Shown here piece after piece: positions 52,730 to 64,000 of a stretch of DNA of 64,000 nucleotides; within the stretch, counting starts at the first letter, position 1; the number at the start of each line of letters is the position of its first letter. Source of the stretch: Takakia lepidozioides (taxonomy: Eukaryota; Plantae; Bryophyta); contig CM060734.1 of the NCBI GenBank assembly GCA_030704615.1, positions 59,148,001-59,212,000 on the forward strand, written 5' to 3'. The notes below the pieces were generated by a model. It was given only the letters and a program-made list of their open reading frames with translations, had not been told where the DNA came from and searched no databases. The position numbers and the translations under genes are program-made.

Positions 52730-53680
52730 AGCTGATAATCCAGGTCAAGCAATTGAGATCCATTGCTTGCCCCAATACCTGACGACGTGATGCCTCGGAA
52801 AGAGATGGCACCGCCGTGGTACCAGTGGTGAAACCCATTGCCCGCTCGCGCTCGTCAGCATTGGGCTCCACTAACTGCTGCAACTGGCTATCCCACAAGA
52901 GGCCAGGTCCACCATCCCGGAAAGCATGAGATCCTGGAAAGCTGAGGAGTGTAGGCAATGCTCGTGGGTGACCCACCTTATTGACCACTATCAAAGGTGA
53001 TCGGTCATCGTGTCTCACACGCTGAGATTGCCTCCCTATGTCCAAAATGCTATCCACCGTTAGGTTTGGTGGCCGCTGCACCCCATCAAATGTACGTTTG
53101 AGCAATGCAGGTGGTATCAAGTTGGTCCACCATAGTCGTGGGCGATGAGCCCGTGACCCCACTGCAGCTGCATCCAGCAACACTGCTGACCCAAGCCAAG
53201 ACCGCACTTGATGTACACTGGCCATCACCTTGGCCCGAGAATCACCCATCAATGGCACATTCTCCAAGATATATGCCGGAGAGTCTGTCTGCTGAAGCTG
53301 TAAATAGCGCAGGACCCTCAACATCTCCCAAAACAGGCGTGACCTTGAGTCTTGTAACCCATGGCCATACCCAGCTGATGAAAGCCCTTGGCAGGGCCAA
53401 CCTACCACTACTAAGTGAATAGGGCCAACCCGCTCCAAATCATGCGCCTCCAGCAAAGAGATGTCTGTTGGCAAGGCTTGTTGGTATCCACGAACTGCAG
53501 ACACTGGCAACAAATCAGGGTACTGCTGCACCAACTGAGCAACATGGCACAGTGAGATGCGTCATGCAGTCTCATCCCTCTCTACATATAGGTAACGTCG
53601 AACTCGTACATCTGCCTGCAGCACTGCAGCCAATCCAGTGTTAATCCCGCCAAACAAGTCCAGAAGGCATATGCCTTCAT
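52730..53680 (-). pseudogene. DNMT3-like C5-cytosine DNA methyltransferase domain within Pol
   Basis: Motif I LLDLFGGI; II YLYVE; IV GWPCQGLS (53391-53399); VI ILENV; VIII AHRPRLWWTNL; IX ERERAMGF; X LGQAM. Same frame as RT/INT; one TGA at 53562-53564. Confidence 0.93.
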
Positions 53681-54069
53681 CCGGGCACTGCCACACAAGA
53701 GGTGTGGTGTCCAATGGCGACAACTGAGGTGGTCATGGTGCAATCACCGCACTCTCCTCCTCTCCTGACGGTACAAAGGCCTCTACCCAGGCTTGTTGCA
53801 CCCGTCTATCAGCGCCTGCTGCAAATCCTTGCTCGTACCCCACAATGGAGTGTGAGCAACCATGGCAGACAACTCCGCCGTACCATGCATGTCATCCTGC
53901 TCTGCTAGAGGTGGCACATCCTCTGCATGGGCATTGCCCTCCAGCAACTCTCCATGCCAACTAACTGCAGCTGTGAAGGCTGCTAGTGTTGGCATCTTGC
54001 TCCGTTGGGCAGCAGCAACACCCCCAATGAACGTCACAGGGAGTTATACATGACGACCATCCCCTGACT

Positions 54070-54350
54070 GCCATCCAGGCCTGTAGGATGCTGACTTCTC
54101 CCAAAAATCCACGGTGAAGCCCATGGGATACAACACTGCCCCACCAACGAGGACATCGTAAGAGACCGCGTCTGTTACAATGGCCTTGGCTTACATCACT
54201 GAGCCATCTATAGGATGATCCGGTTGTAGTCTAATGGCCAACTCACGCCGTGTCATGCCCCGAGCCTACTCTGATCCTCTTAGAGATGTCTGTATCTGGA
54301 AGGGACAAGGCTCCATACCCGCAGTGGCCAGTACCTCTTGCCTGCCGGTC
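54070..54350 (-). pseudogene. Aspartic protease remnant lacking the catalytic D(S/T)G segment
   Basis: YWPLRV runs directly into MEPCPFQIQTS...AIVTDAVSYDVLVGGAVLYPMGFTVDFW. The C-terminal retropepsin-like motif is present and the active-site motif is missing. Confidence 0.55.
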
Positions 54351-55249
54351 CATTCAAAGAGAAAATGCCATCCTGGTTGTCTAACAAGACAACTCCAGGT
54401 GTCATCATGGCGCGCTCAAAGGCTGGCCTAGCTGGCAGCTCCGTCAACCTGACAGCTGCAGCTTGCCATGGCGCAGCCGTGGCAGTCTTGACCCTCAAAT
54501 CCGAGGATCCCTCTGCCACTACACCTTCCACTAACTCCGCAGAAGATGAAATGACCTCCCCACTCTCGCAGAGTGTTGCTGCTAGTCTGAACACTGTAGC
54601 TGGTCTTACCCTGGCGTCGCAATCATGGTTGCCGAGAACAGTGGGGCCTGACACACAAAGGTGGCCGCCCCCAACAACACACTGGCTGCACTAGCCTTGG
54701 CAGCAGGTGTCAGTGCTGCACGTGTAGCTCTTCCCAATGGCACAATAACCTCGCCTCGGTATCCGTGGGGCGAGAATTAGGTGCCATGGATGTCGTCGAC
54801 ACTGTCTCCGCCAAGATGAATGATTGAGGCAACCTAGCCTGACGGCTTGCCTCCCCACGTTGTGAATCCAACTCCACCTGTGCACCTCGTGGCTCAGGAA
54901 CTCGTGCTGCTCCTCGAGTGACGGCTGCAGCAGACTCCACCTGCACTAGTGGTAGTGCTGCCCCACCCATAAATCCCATGCCTCCCATGTCTCCTCCTTT
55001 AGGATGACGCTAATGAGGAGGAACAGGAGGTGGACCCTCAAGTCTTGGAGCTGGTAACACCTGAGCTGTGGCCATGGCAGCGAGCCTTTGCTCTAGCTGC
55101 TGAAGCCGGTTGGCCATACCTTGGTCAACGCCCCGACCTCCACGTCCTTGGCCATACTGTGCTTGCCCTCATCCTGCACCTCGTGCCTGAGCACCTCGTC
55201 CTCTCTGAGGTGCTCCACCTTGCCCTCGGCCACCATTGTTCCCTTGCAA

Positions 55250-56540
55250 CTGGCCTCGCCACAACTTAGGGTGCAAGTCATAACACTGGGCATCTCCATG
55301 CCCATACTTGCCACAATGCCCACACTGCAACTGTGCAGGCTGTTTGTGCCGGCCTTTTGCCACTTTCTGGGCAATCTTTCTTGATATGGGGTCCTGCACA
55401 TGTCCAACATACCACCCCTGGTTGTTGTTGGCCTACAAAAGAAGCTACTGGCCTCTGCACCTGAGGTCCCTTGTAAGCTCCATGGAATTTGGGTTGGGCA
55501 ACCTTGCCCCCCTTACCACGCTGTTGGGCAGTCCCTTGTACCTGTTGGCTGGCAGCTGCGCCTCGTGCAGGCATGTCCTTGCAAAATCCAATGGTAACAA
55601 CTCGCTCTTCCACCATGTTGAGCTCAATCCGCTCAGCCAGCAGAAACATATCCGCTAATGTGGGTTGGGCAACAGGGTTGCATCCCGCACCCTTCTCCTG
55701 AGCTCCTTGTCCAAAATTCCATACTAGAACTGGACTGCCTGAGCTTCAGTAACCCCTTGGGTCACACTTATCAAGCGCCTCATACGAGTGTAGGCCTTTT
55801 GCACTGGATTTGCGCTGGAAGTCTTGCAAACTTCGCAGCTTCTCTGTCCGTACACCTTGGTAGTTCCTCCACAACTCCTGGAAGAACTCCACCACCGGGT
55901 TGAATCTAGGCACATGTGTTGTAGTCGTGGCAGGAGGAATAGTAGCACCTTTTGAACTAGTACCACCTACAGAAGTACCGACACTACTTGTTCCACTACT
56001 AGTGCTTGTAGTTGGAGATGTTTGTGTAGCTGCTGGTGTCACCGCTGCCCTTGTGCCTCTAGTGATGGAGACATAGTCAGGTGACCAATACACCCGCCAT
56101 TCCTCAATGTCCACCTCATGTCCCTACCTAAACTCATGGTAGTCATCCATGGGCGGCCCCTCAAGGTGCTGAAACAACCCCTTCCACATCATAAAAGGCG
56201 TAAACAGTTGTGGATTGCGCATTTGCTGCAAATCACACCAACTATCAAACTCATGTATGAAATCATCAAGCTCGATGGTGCCCACAGCTCCAGAGTACCG
56301 ACGTGGCCCCATGGTAGCTCCATACATTTCCTCCATCGTATCCCACAACAATGGCACGGAAATGGCTTGCACCCTCGGCGAGAATCCTCTAATCTGAGTC
56401 TGAACCTTCCTCAGAAGACACTGAAGGTGAAGGTGGCCTAAACTACATACCTCGTCTTGTATACCTATCGCTGGTGCTCGTACCGGCACTCTCCTTAGCA
56501 ACTGGTGGCACCTCCGTGATGAAAACTCACAACCACACAT
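55250..56540 (-). pseudogene. gag: Gag with two zinc knuckles
   Basis: LDDFIHEFDSWC..GLFQHLEG, LRSLQDFQR, AYTRMRRLI; knuckles CWTCAGPHIKKDC and CGHCGKYGHGDAQC; stops and frameshifts. Confidence 0.8.
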
Positions 56541-57416
56541 GTTGTAAACTTGTCTCTAATCCCCCTTTCCACAAGGTAATTGGGTAGAGAATCTGTTGCA
56601 ACTTATGGCTTAGACTATTAGGTTCATAACATAAACCTGCACCTGCATCCACCGCAAACACTCATATGGTCTGCTGGTCATCAACCCAGCCTCACCATAA
56701 GAGAAACAATGATGGTTTGATTGGTCATCACCCCAGCCTCACCACCGACAACATGCTCTAGGATTGGCCGGTGATCAAATCCGGACCAACCTCCTATGAA
56801 AACAAGCGCCCACACAAAACTGACATGGCGCACAGTCAAGCATGCAGGTGTGGGGGGGATCCAAACACAAGAAAATCAAGACAATAACTCCCCCACACTA
56901 AAAAAAACACTTCACATTGTCGCTCCTGCAAGGACACCCCAGCCCAAACCCGGACTGACTCTTGCCTCCACCTACGGAAAGGTTTTGGCCTATATAGAGG
57001 GTGGAAGACTACGAGGAAGAGAGACTAAAGCAATTCCTAATCCCAGAATGCTCTCATCCCACTAGTCTCCTATCTCTAAACGCTCTTGCTCATGACCAAC
57101 AGACATAACTACCTTCCAGGGTCTCTCAAATAACTCTCCAAGAGCCAAATATTAGCCTCCAAGGACCCCAAAATAGTCCTCCAAATAGCCCTCCAAAGGC
57201 TCCAAATGTTTGCCAAATATTGGTCTTCAAGAACCCCCAATAGTCCTCCAAATAGTCCTCCAAACACCCCTTCAAGAGCTCTTCAAGTGTCTTACAAAAG
57301 CTCCTCAAAGGACCCCCCAAAGATCCTCCAAAGGCAATACTCCTCCAGATACACCCTAGATGTCATACACTTTTAATGAAAACGTATGGTAGGAAAAGTC
57401 TCTCCACTTGTATCCT

Positions 57417-57590
57417 TACACTGTTCACAAAAGTGTATGGTGGGGCAGAGGGAGCCCATACACTGTTCACAAAAATTATGTTGGGCAGAGGGGGCCCGTA
57501 CACTGTTCAAAAAAGTGTATGTTGGGCAGAGGGGTTCCATTCACTTTTCACAAAAGTGTATGGTGGGGCAGAGGGAGCCCATACACAGTT
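57417..57590. repeat. Tandem repeat of about 40-42 bp x about 4 in the retrotransposon leader
   Basis: TACACTGTTCACAAAAGTGTATGGTGGGGCAGAGGGAGCCCA variants. Confidence 0.9.
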
Positions 57591-58937
57591 TCTTGAAGAG
57601 TATGGAGACTAGGGTTTGTAGAATATAGTAAGAAACACCTTCTTCATGGTATCTTCCTCCCTAACATGCATGCAAGATTGCATTATCTTACTTTGCAATG
57701 CATTCATCCCAAATTGCCAAGTTCCTCTTGATCTCCTTGGATCTCATAGCAAGCTAATGTGCCCAATGACAAGCGCCAAGCCTTACTTGAATTTGAATTT
57801 TGTATGTCATCTTCCATATGCTTTCCCTTGCATGGGCTAGTCACATACACTTCCACCTCTTGACCTAGGTGTTGTCTTCATTCATCATAATAGACACCTT
57901 TATTCAAGAGCTCATCTTCTCAAACTTGAAGTCACAAGCCCCAAAAAGCATGCTCCACATAAGCATCACTTGCTTGATCAACCATCCACCACAAAACTTA
58001 AGCCTTCCTTGTCTTGTCACATGCTAATGTATGGTTGAAGTTGCTATGCATGCCGTGAGCCACAATCTCCTTTCTTCATGAAGACCACCTCCAATGATCT
58101 CCCACATGTGCTCCAAGCTCTTCAATACTCTAGGCTTGGTTTCACATCATCATGGATAGAATTCTCACCCACATGCTTCCCTTTGGAGTCATCTTGAGCT
58201 TCTTGATGCTCTCCAAGTGGTTGCTTTTGTTGTCTTCAAGCCCTAGCCTATGTAGCTCCTTGGCTTTTCTTCCACAACATGCACCACCTCATACACAAGG
58301 AATGAACTTGCTCACTTCACCTTCTAGCTCTCCTCAAGCTTGAATTGGAAGCCACACTTGGAAAGCATGCTCCACACATGCGCCACTTGCTTGGTCAATC
58401 ACTTGCTTCACCAAGAGCAATCCAAGAACTCATAGAACTAGCAAAAGCACTCCCTTCTAGCGCCGCCTTCGCTTGCTTGTTTGTCAACCAAATGAAACCC
58501 CACTTGGCTTCATTTCACCATGGATAAAACAACCACTTCTTAGCTTCTCTTGAGCTACTCAATGCTCCTCAAGCTACCCTTGTTGTACTCCTTCTATGGT
58601 GTTTCCAACCCAAGCATGTGCCGCTCTTTGGCTTCTCTTTCACACCATGAATAACTAGAGCTTGTTCTTGAGACCCTAGTGTCTATCTTCTCCGCACACA
58701 AGACGCTTCTCTTGTGATGCAAGAGCTCTTTCAAAGTTCTCCACCTTTATAGAGCAAAGTAATGCTTCTCAAACCCTAACATCCATGTTCTCCACGCCAC
58801 AAGGATTTTCCTTTGCAACACCTGCAATACCTTGCAACACAAGAGCTCTCTACCAAGCTCTCTCCAACACACAAGTGCTAAACTAACCCTTACACTCCGC
58901 ACTCACAAGCATAAGGAGATCTTCTTGTAGTGATAAT

Positions 58938-59286
58938 CACAATGGAAACACTCCACTCATGAATCCACTCAATCACATAAACTAAGTCAAGCAAAGGGCA
59001 CCTTTGCTAAAGGAATCCACCCTACAAAGCCCTCACCACACTCCCTCTCAATACCTAGAGCTATGGAGGTGGGAGAGGCTCATGGAGGCTCAACTACAAG
59101 AAGATGAGCCTCCTCAACACTCACAAGGGGAAAACCTATCTCCATGTCTCAAGTGAGGCTCGACACCTCACTTGGCATGTGAGACCAAATGAAGTCCCAA
59201 CACACAAAATATAAATATAAATATCTAAAATATCCTAGTTAACTAGAAGTAGGTAATTCTAGATAACCATGACTAAAACCATGACA
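58938..59286. repeat. Repeat B (349 bp), 5' terminal LTR-like repeat; copy at 48606-48954
   Basis: Direct alignment by eye: same length, about 7 mismatches (about 98% identity). Confidence 0.95.
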
Positions 59287-60699
59287 TAGTGTTCGTACTC
59301 ATTTCCCGTTACATTCATCCATTCTACATTCATTCATCCTGCATTCAAGAATCGTTCGCATTGTTCACACTCATCCATGTTATATTCTTCCATGCTACAT
59401 TAATCCATATTGCATTCATCCAATCGATCGGCTGGATGTTAAAGATATAGTCTGCAATGATTGGAAATGGTAAAATATTCCGCGGAAATAGGCACCTACC
59501 TTCTGTTCGCGGTTATAGATCCGTGCCTTTGGAAATGACGTGACGTCAACCACGCTGGCGAGGACTGCTGATGTGACGTCACACCCGTGCACCAACGTGG
59601 CGACAACTGCTGACGTGGCGTAAGCCTAACTACGCTCACGTGCTCACACGCTCACCCGGCCAAGCTCACGCGGGGGAATGCGGAGGCATTCCCCCAGCCT
59701 CGCACCGCACTCTTCCGGCAAGGGAGGTCAGTAACCTGGGAGACCTAACCGTGCGCTTCCTAGTTTGCTAAACCTAGTAGACTGGATAGGCAAAGCCTGC
59801 AGGCCTCCGAGCTGCGCAGTAGCAGTGCGCGACATTGTGGCTGCCATCTGCTCAAGTCACACAACAAATGCAGAGCTGCAAATGCTGGATCAAGTGAGGA
59901 GAGTGACTTGTTGAAGGTGACGAGCAAAGAAAGTGCAGACGGGGAATAGTAGTCGAAGAATGTTGCGGTGGATGTTGAGAAGAGTTGAGAGTTGGAGACG
60001 ATGCGTTGCAGTGAGACAAGCACAAGTATATGTAAGGAGAGTGGGAGAGTCCGGTGACACCAACGTACTTTCCAGATCAGTTGGTTGACGTGTCACAGAG
60101 TAAGGAATCCAACACGCATAGTCTGTGCACTTTCACGAGAGTGAGAAAACGGACAATCCTCTCTCGACCGATGGATTCACTTTCGTTGCAAACATTTTCG
60201 CACGTATCCGCCCAGTTTTGCAGAGGCTGAATGTTGAGGAGGAGAGCGGCCATGTAGCGAGTAATACTTTACACGTGGCCCACCTCGCATTGCAATGATT
60301 GCTAATATCGACCGTCTCTCCATTTATGTCAGTCGGACAAGATTTGCAAGAGCGTGGATGCTCCGTTCTGACTTGTTCTTTGGAGGGCGCTTGGAACAGA
60401 CTCACCATCAGAAGGACGACACACGTGGCTTTACCGATCCGAAGGGGTGGTGAATATAAACCGGTGCGCATGAATGACTACGATAGCACCAGGTGTCATA
60501 GATACTTGTGATCCCACTGTCAAAGTATCTACCGCCGTTGTGAGCACCCAACTCCCACCCCTGCCTGTCAATCGGTGAATCTTAGGTTGATCAGCGGCAG
60601 TCTCCTTGTGTTTCAGCACTGGGCAGTTCAGAACTGTCCAGATACATAGTACACAACGACTCCTGCAGCCATGGTGAAATTGCTCAAGGCTCATGGGTC

Positions 60700-60950
60700 T
60701 GAGGTAGCAGTCAAGGGCAATTTGCAGGAGATGTTTCAATAGCAGCACAGCAACCTGCATTGGATCACTCTTTAAAAAGGTATCTGCCGCACCTCAACAC
60801 ACCTCAGCACCTGGTTTGATTTGGTTGTTACTGAAGTCCTCTGCCTGAGCTGATCGCCCTGCACGGCCAAGAAGGTTTGACACGATGCAGGTGTGAGGCC
60901 ATAATCTTGGCGCCGGATCTAACGGTGTAAGATGTGGAGCGGCTTTTTCT
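60700..60950 (-). pseudogene. Highly degraded PPR (L2/S2/E) remnant
   Basis: QDYGLTP..CIV..LLGRAGRSAQAEDF..IKPGAEV, resembling QDHGLTP..CMVDLLGRAG..AEDL..IKPDA. Confidence 0.6.
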
Positions 60951-62698
60951 TTCCTTGAACATTGTAGTGATGTACTTAGCTAGTGAACTGGGTAAGCAAA
61001 TGTACTCCGAGTAGTTACATATGAGTTACGTCTATATCATGGGCAAGTTATTGTTGAGATACGTAAACTACTACTTATAGCAAACGCCCCAACATCTAAA
61101 GTTGATGTTCCAATACAGTGAGATTTGTTCCAAGGAGATGTACTTCCTGGAATTCAAAGATTGATATTAGGGGGCCACCACCTCATTAACATACGAGCAA
61201 ATTACCTGCATGGATAAGGACTTAGAACTTTTTTTGGCTCAGGAAATTTACAACTACCTCCATGCAGGTAGTTACAGCATTTCCTGCATGAAGGTAGTTG
61301 TAAAAATAGGCTGAAGTACCTTCATGCAAAAACAATCACAAACTACCTATAGAGATAGTCAACGCCTACCACTACATCAAGCAGGAACAGGAAATGGAAG
61401 CCACAACCTCTAGGGTAGCAGCAGTATCCTCTTAAGTAGGACTACTATCTCAGCCTTACCGCCAACCTATCGTTTATTGGCAATATAACAAAAACAGGGT
61501 AATAGACCTAAGAGTTAACCTGTTGGTCCTATCTGCATGCTACTTTTTCCCCAAAAACTTGCCTGTCCTACGAAGGACCACCCTTAATACAAGAGTTGAG
61601 TATCATCCCACATCTCACTGAAAAGCACAGTGGTCCTTGAAGTGACAAGACCCAAGGGTATCACAGCCAAAGGAGGACTAGTCAAGTATATCTTCACTTA
61701 TCCCTTAGTTTGGTGTAGTTTTATTGGCTCTGTTGTAGAGAGAGACTTTGCAACATGTTGAAGTCAACGGAGAAAATGTGGTCAAAGGACCTTACACCGT
61801 GTCAAGGCTCGGATTGGTGTGTTGTGCTGACTCATGCCCCTCACCCTTACCTCTTATGTTTTAAGCAAGAGAGCCCATCGCCGTTTTAGGCTTGTTGAGC
61901 TGACATGCCTCACCCATAACTTCTTGGGTCCAAATTTGAGATATTGGACAATCACTGGAAGTAAGAGATTGAGATAAAGAAAATATGGATTAACTTTAGA
62001 GTCGATGCAGCTCATGTAGTTATTGAGAACACTGGGAGTCATGCTAGCAATCAGCACCTGCTTCCTGGGGCGCTAGTAGTATCGCTGGTCGTTGCATGAA
62101 ACTATGCACAATTGTTACTATGTAGTTGTTTCGTATGTGCTTCCAAATCTGGTCTCAAACTGTAGGCAATTGTTCCGAAGTGGGTGGAGTAGGTTGACTG
62201 TCCCCCAACCTTGAACTCCAACATGAACAAACCGATGTTTTAGTGTGAGGCAGTCGTGCAAATCCAATTCATGCCGCATGGGATTAGATCTTGGTGGGTT
62301 ACGGCTAGTTTTCAACAATATTCATGAAGCAGCACCACAAGAAACATAAAAACATGTCCAATTTAAGATACTAAAGAAAGTTGTGCACAAGGGCTGCCCC
62401 TCAAGGTCGTTATGAATCCTATTCACTTTCCTTCGGAGAAGCTCCACCACCTACACCAGAATTAGGATAGCACTCTGATTTCCTCCCAAGTCAGTAAAAA
62501 TACCCCCTGCTCCAGTCAAGTGCAATCATGTGCTGACTTCCCACCTAGACCCCATTGCCATTTCCTGTGAATATGCCAAAGGAAATGCCCTCAACAGTAC
62601 ATCAAGGTCAATATTCTCAGGAAATGGTGGATAATCTGAGCAACTACACAGATCAAAGAATGAAGCAAGCACTCGCACATTTCCAGAAGAACGTAGTT

Positions 62699-64000
62699 TC
62701 ACCAGTAATCCCCACAAGAACAAACCCCATCTTCAAAGTGGTGAAAGCGGTTAGCGTCCCGTACCACAATTGCTCGGCCAACAATCTTTGAGATGAACTT
62801 AGTGGAGGTATGGCAGTCACCACACACCCCAAGATTCTTGATGAGACGGAGAGGCGTACTAGGGGCCGTGCTGATCAGCCCAAAACCAATGGCCAGCTTC
62901 TCACTGTGGTGGCAAAGAGCAAAATCCTTTTGCTCCTCCCCCACATCAGGCAATACAAAGCGCATGTCAGGCACATACCCTGCCTCCTTCATCTGCCCAG
63001 ACAATCTTCGCAGCTCAGCATGGATTTCCACAATTTTGGGATGCAATTTGTCACCCACAACAAAGGTGTGCACCCTGTTGCCCACCTCAATGCAGCAGTG
63101 ACCTGGCTCCTTACTAGCCCCTCTGACCATCATCATTTTTCTCACCTTTGCACTATCGTCCCACCTGCCAGCTGCACCATAGATGTTTGATAGCAGCACA
63201 TAGGTCGCAGCATCCCCTTCATCCCACTTGAGAATAGATGTTGCCGCACGTTCAGCCATTTCCACATTGCCATGGATGCTGCAGGCACCAAGCAAGGCCG
63301 TCCAAACCACAGCATCCGGTTTGATTGGCATTTTATTAATGAGGTCCTCTGCCTCATCCAATCGCCCCGCACGTCCAAGAAGGTCCACCATGCAGCCAAA
63401 GTGTTTTACTGTCGGAGTGACACCATGATCTTGACTCAGGGAATCAAAGTAGCGTCTTCCTTCATCCAGTAGGCCAACATGCCTGCATGCAGAGAGAACA
63501 GATATAAAGGTGATACTGTCCGGCTTCAAGCCTTCCATTTGCATTCCTTCAAATAATTGCAGGGCCTCCCTATGACAAGGGCATATCCTGCAATCATCCC
63601 GTTCCAGGACACCACATCTCGTTCAGCCATATTGTCGAACACTCCCTTTGCATCTTCAATGCTTCCACATTTGGCATACATGTCCACCAACGCAGTGTTC
63701 AGAATGACATCTGGTACGATTCCAGCTCTTACGATGTCACCATGAACCTCTTTGCCCTTTTCCAGAGCTGCCAGGCTTGCACAGGCATTGCAAATGCAAA
63801 CAAATGTGATGTGGTCGGGCTTCACTGCTTCCCGCCTCATTTGCTCATAGGTCTCCAAAGCCTCCATCCCGCACCCCTGTTGTGCATATCCTGTGATCAT
63901 CGCATTCCACGACACCACATCTCGTTCAGCCATATTGTCAAACACTCGCTTTGCGTCCTTGATGCACCCACATTTGGCATACATGTCCACGAGGGTATTG
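62699..64000 (-). pseudogene. PLS-E-DYW PPR protein (C-to-U editing deaminase type), 3' part; single frameshift near 63575
   Basis: PLS repeats, E domain, PG box (EPGHCCIEV), HSEKLA (HxE), CGDC, terminal CSCGDYW. The two ORFs are joined by a small deletion in GYA..GHREAL. Gene continues beyond the window. Confidence 0.9.

Larger units (their letters stand above)
48533..59286 (-). mobile_element. Ty3/Gypsy retrotransposon carrying a C5 DNA methyltransferase and a PHD finger, with split direct repeats
   Basis: Termini TGTCGTG...CATGACA, flanked by TAGT at 48529-48532 and 59287-59290 (4-bp TSD). Domain order gag-PR-DNMT-RT-RH-INT-PHD. Confidence 0.92.

Noticed and set aside
58921-58932. CTTCTTGTAGTG resembles a CACTA terminus next to repeat B, which could explain the missing A at the 5' end
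   Set aside because: No matching left CACTA end, subterminal repeats, or displaced copy of repeat A found within the element; kept only as a caveat.
57361-59286. TGTCAT...ATGACA could delimit a 1.9-kb 5' LTR
   Set aside because: Only 349 bp are shared with the other end, no TGG-type PBS follows, and a 6-mer match in 2 kb is expected by chance.
61247-61303. Inverted repeat of about 22 bp (TTTACAACTACC.CATGCAGG)
   Set aside because: Likely a MITE-internal repeat; no termini or TSD definable and too short for a confident miRNA call.

Overview
Repeat-rich eukaryotic nuclear DNA, most likely from a non-seed land plant. This is inferred from spliceosomal introns, several PLS/DYW-class PPR genes and remnants, an ELIP-like pseudogene, a SEC5 fragment and plant-type transposons. 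Most of the window is nested, decaying transposons: a Mutator-like (MULE) transposase, CACTA remnants, three LINE clades (RTEX/RTE-like APE, L1, CRE-like RLE), a SINE, and a 10.75-kb Ty3/Gypsy element. Two systems stand out. (1) The Ty3/Gypsy element (48533-59286, minus strand, TAGT target-site duplication) has a DNMT3-like C5-cytosine methyltransferase in the same reading frame as RT-RNaseH-integrase, and a C-terminal PHD finger. Instead of two normal LTRs it has split direct repeats (B...A-GC-B-A) with an internal palindromic end-to-end junction. (2) An intron-containing gene fusing a ParB/Srx-like (DGNHR) domain to a beta-class N6/N4 DNA-methyltransferase fold (about 32.6-36.2 kb, minus) lies inside a terminus matching (19/21) the TIR of the GCM-MULE-SWIM transposase element at the window start. 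Host genes are one long PLS-PPR ORF with an eroded E/DYW tail, one frameshifted PPR-DYW gene, and an intact 3-exon 100-aa conserved plant gene that the ORF track does not assemble. All calls come from reading the sequence by eye; no searches were run.
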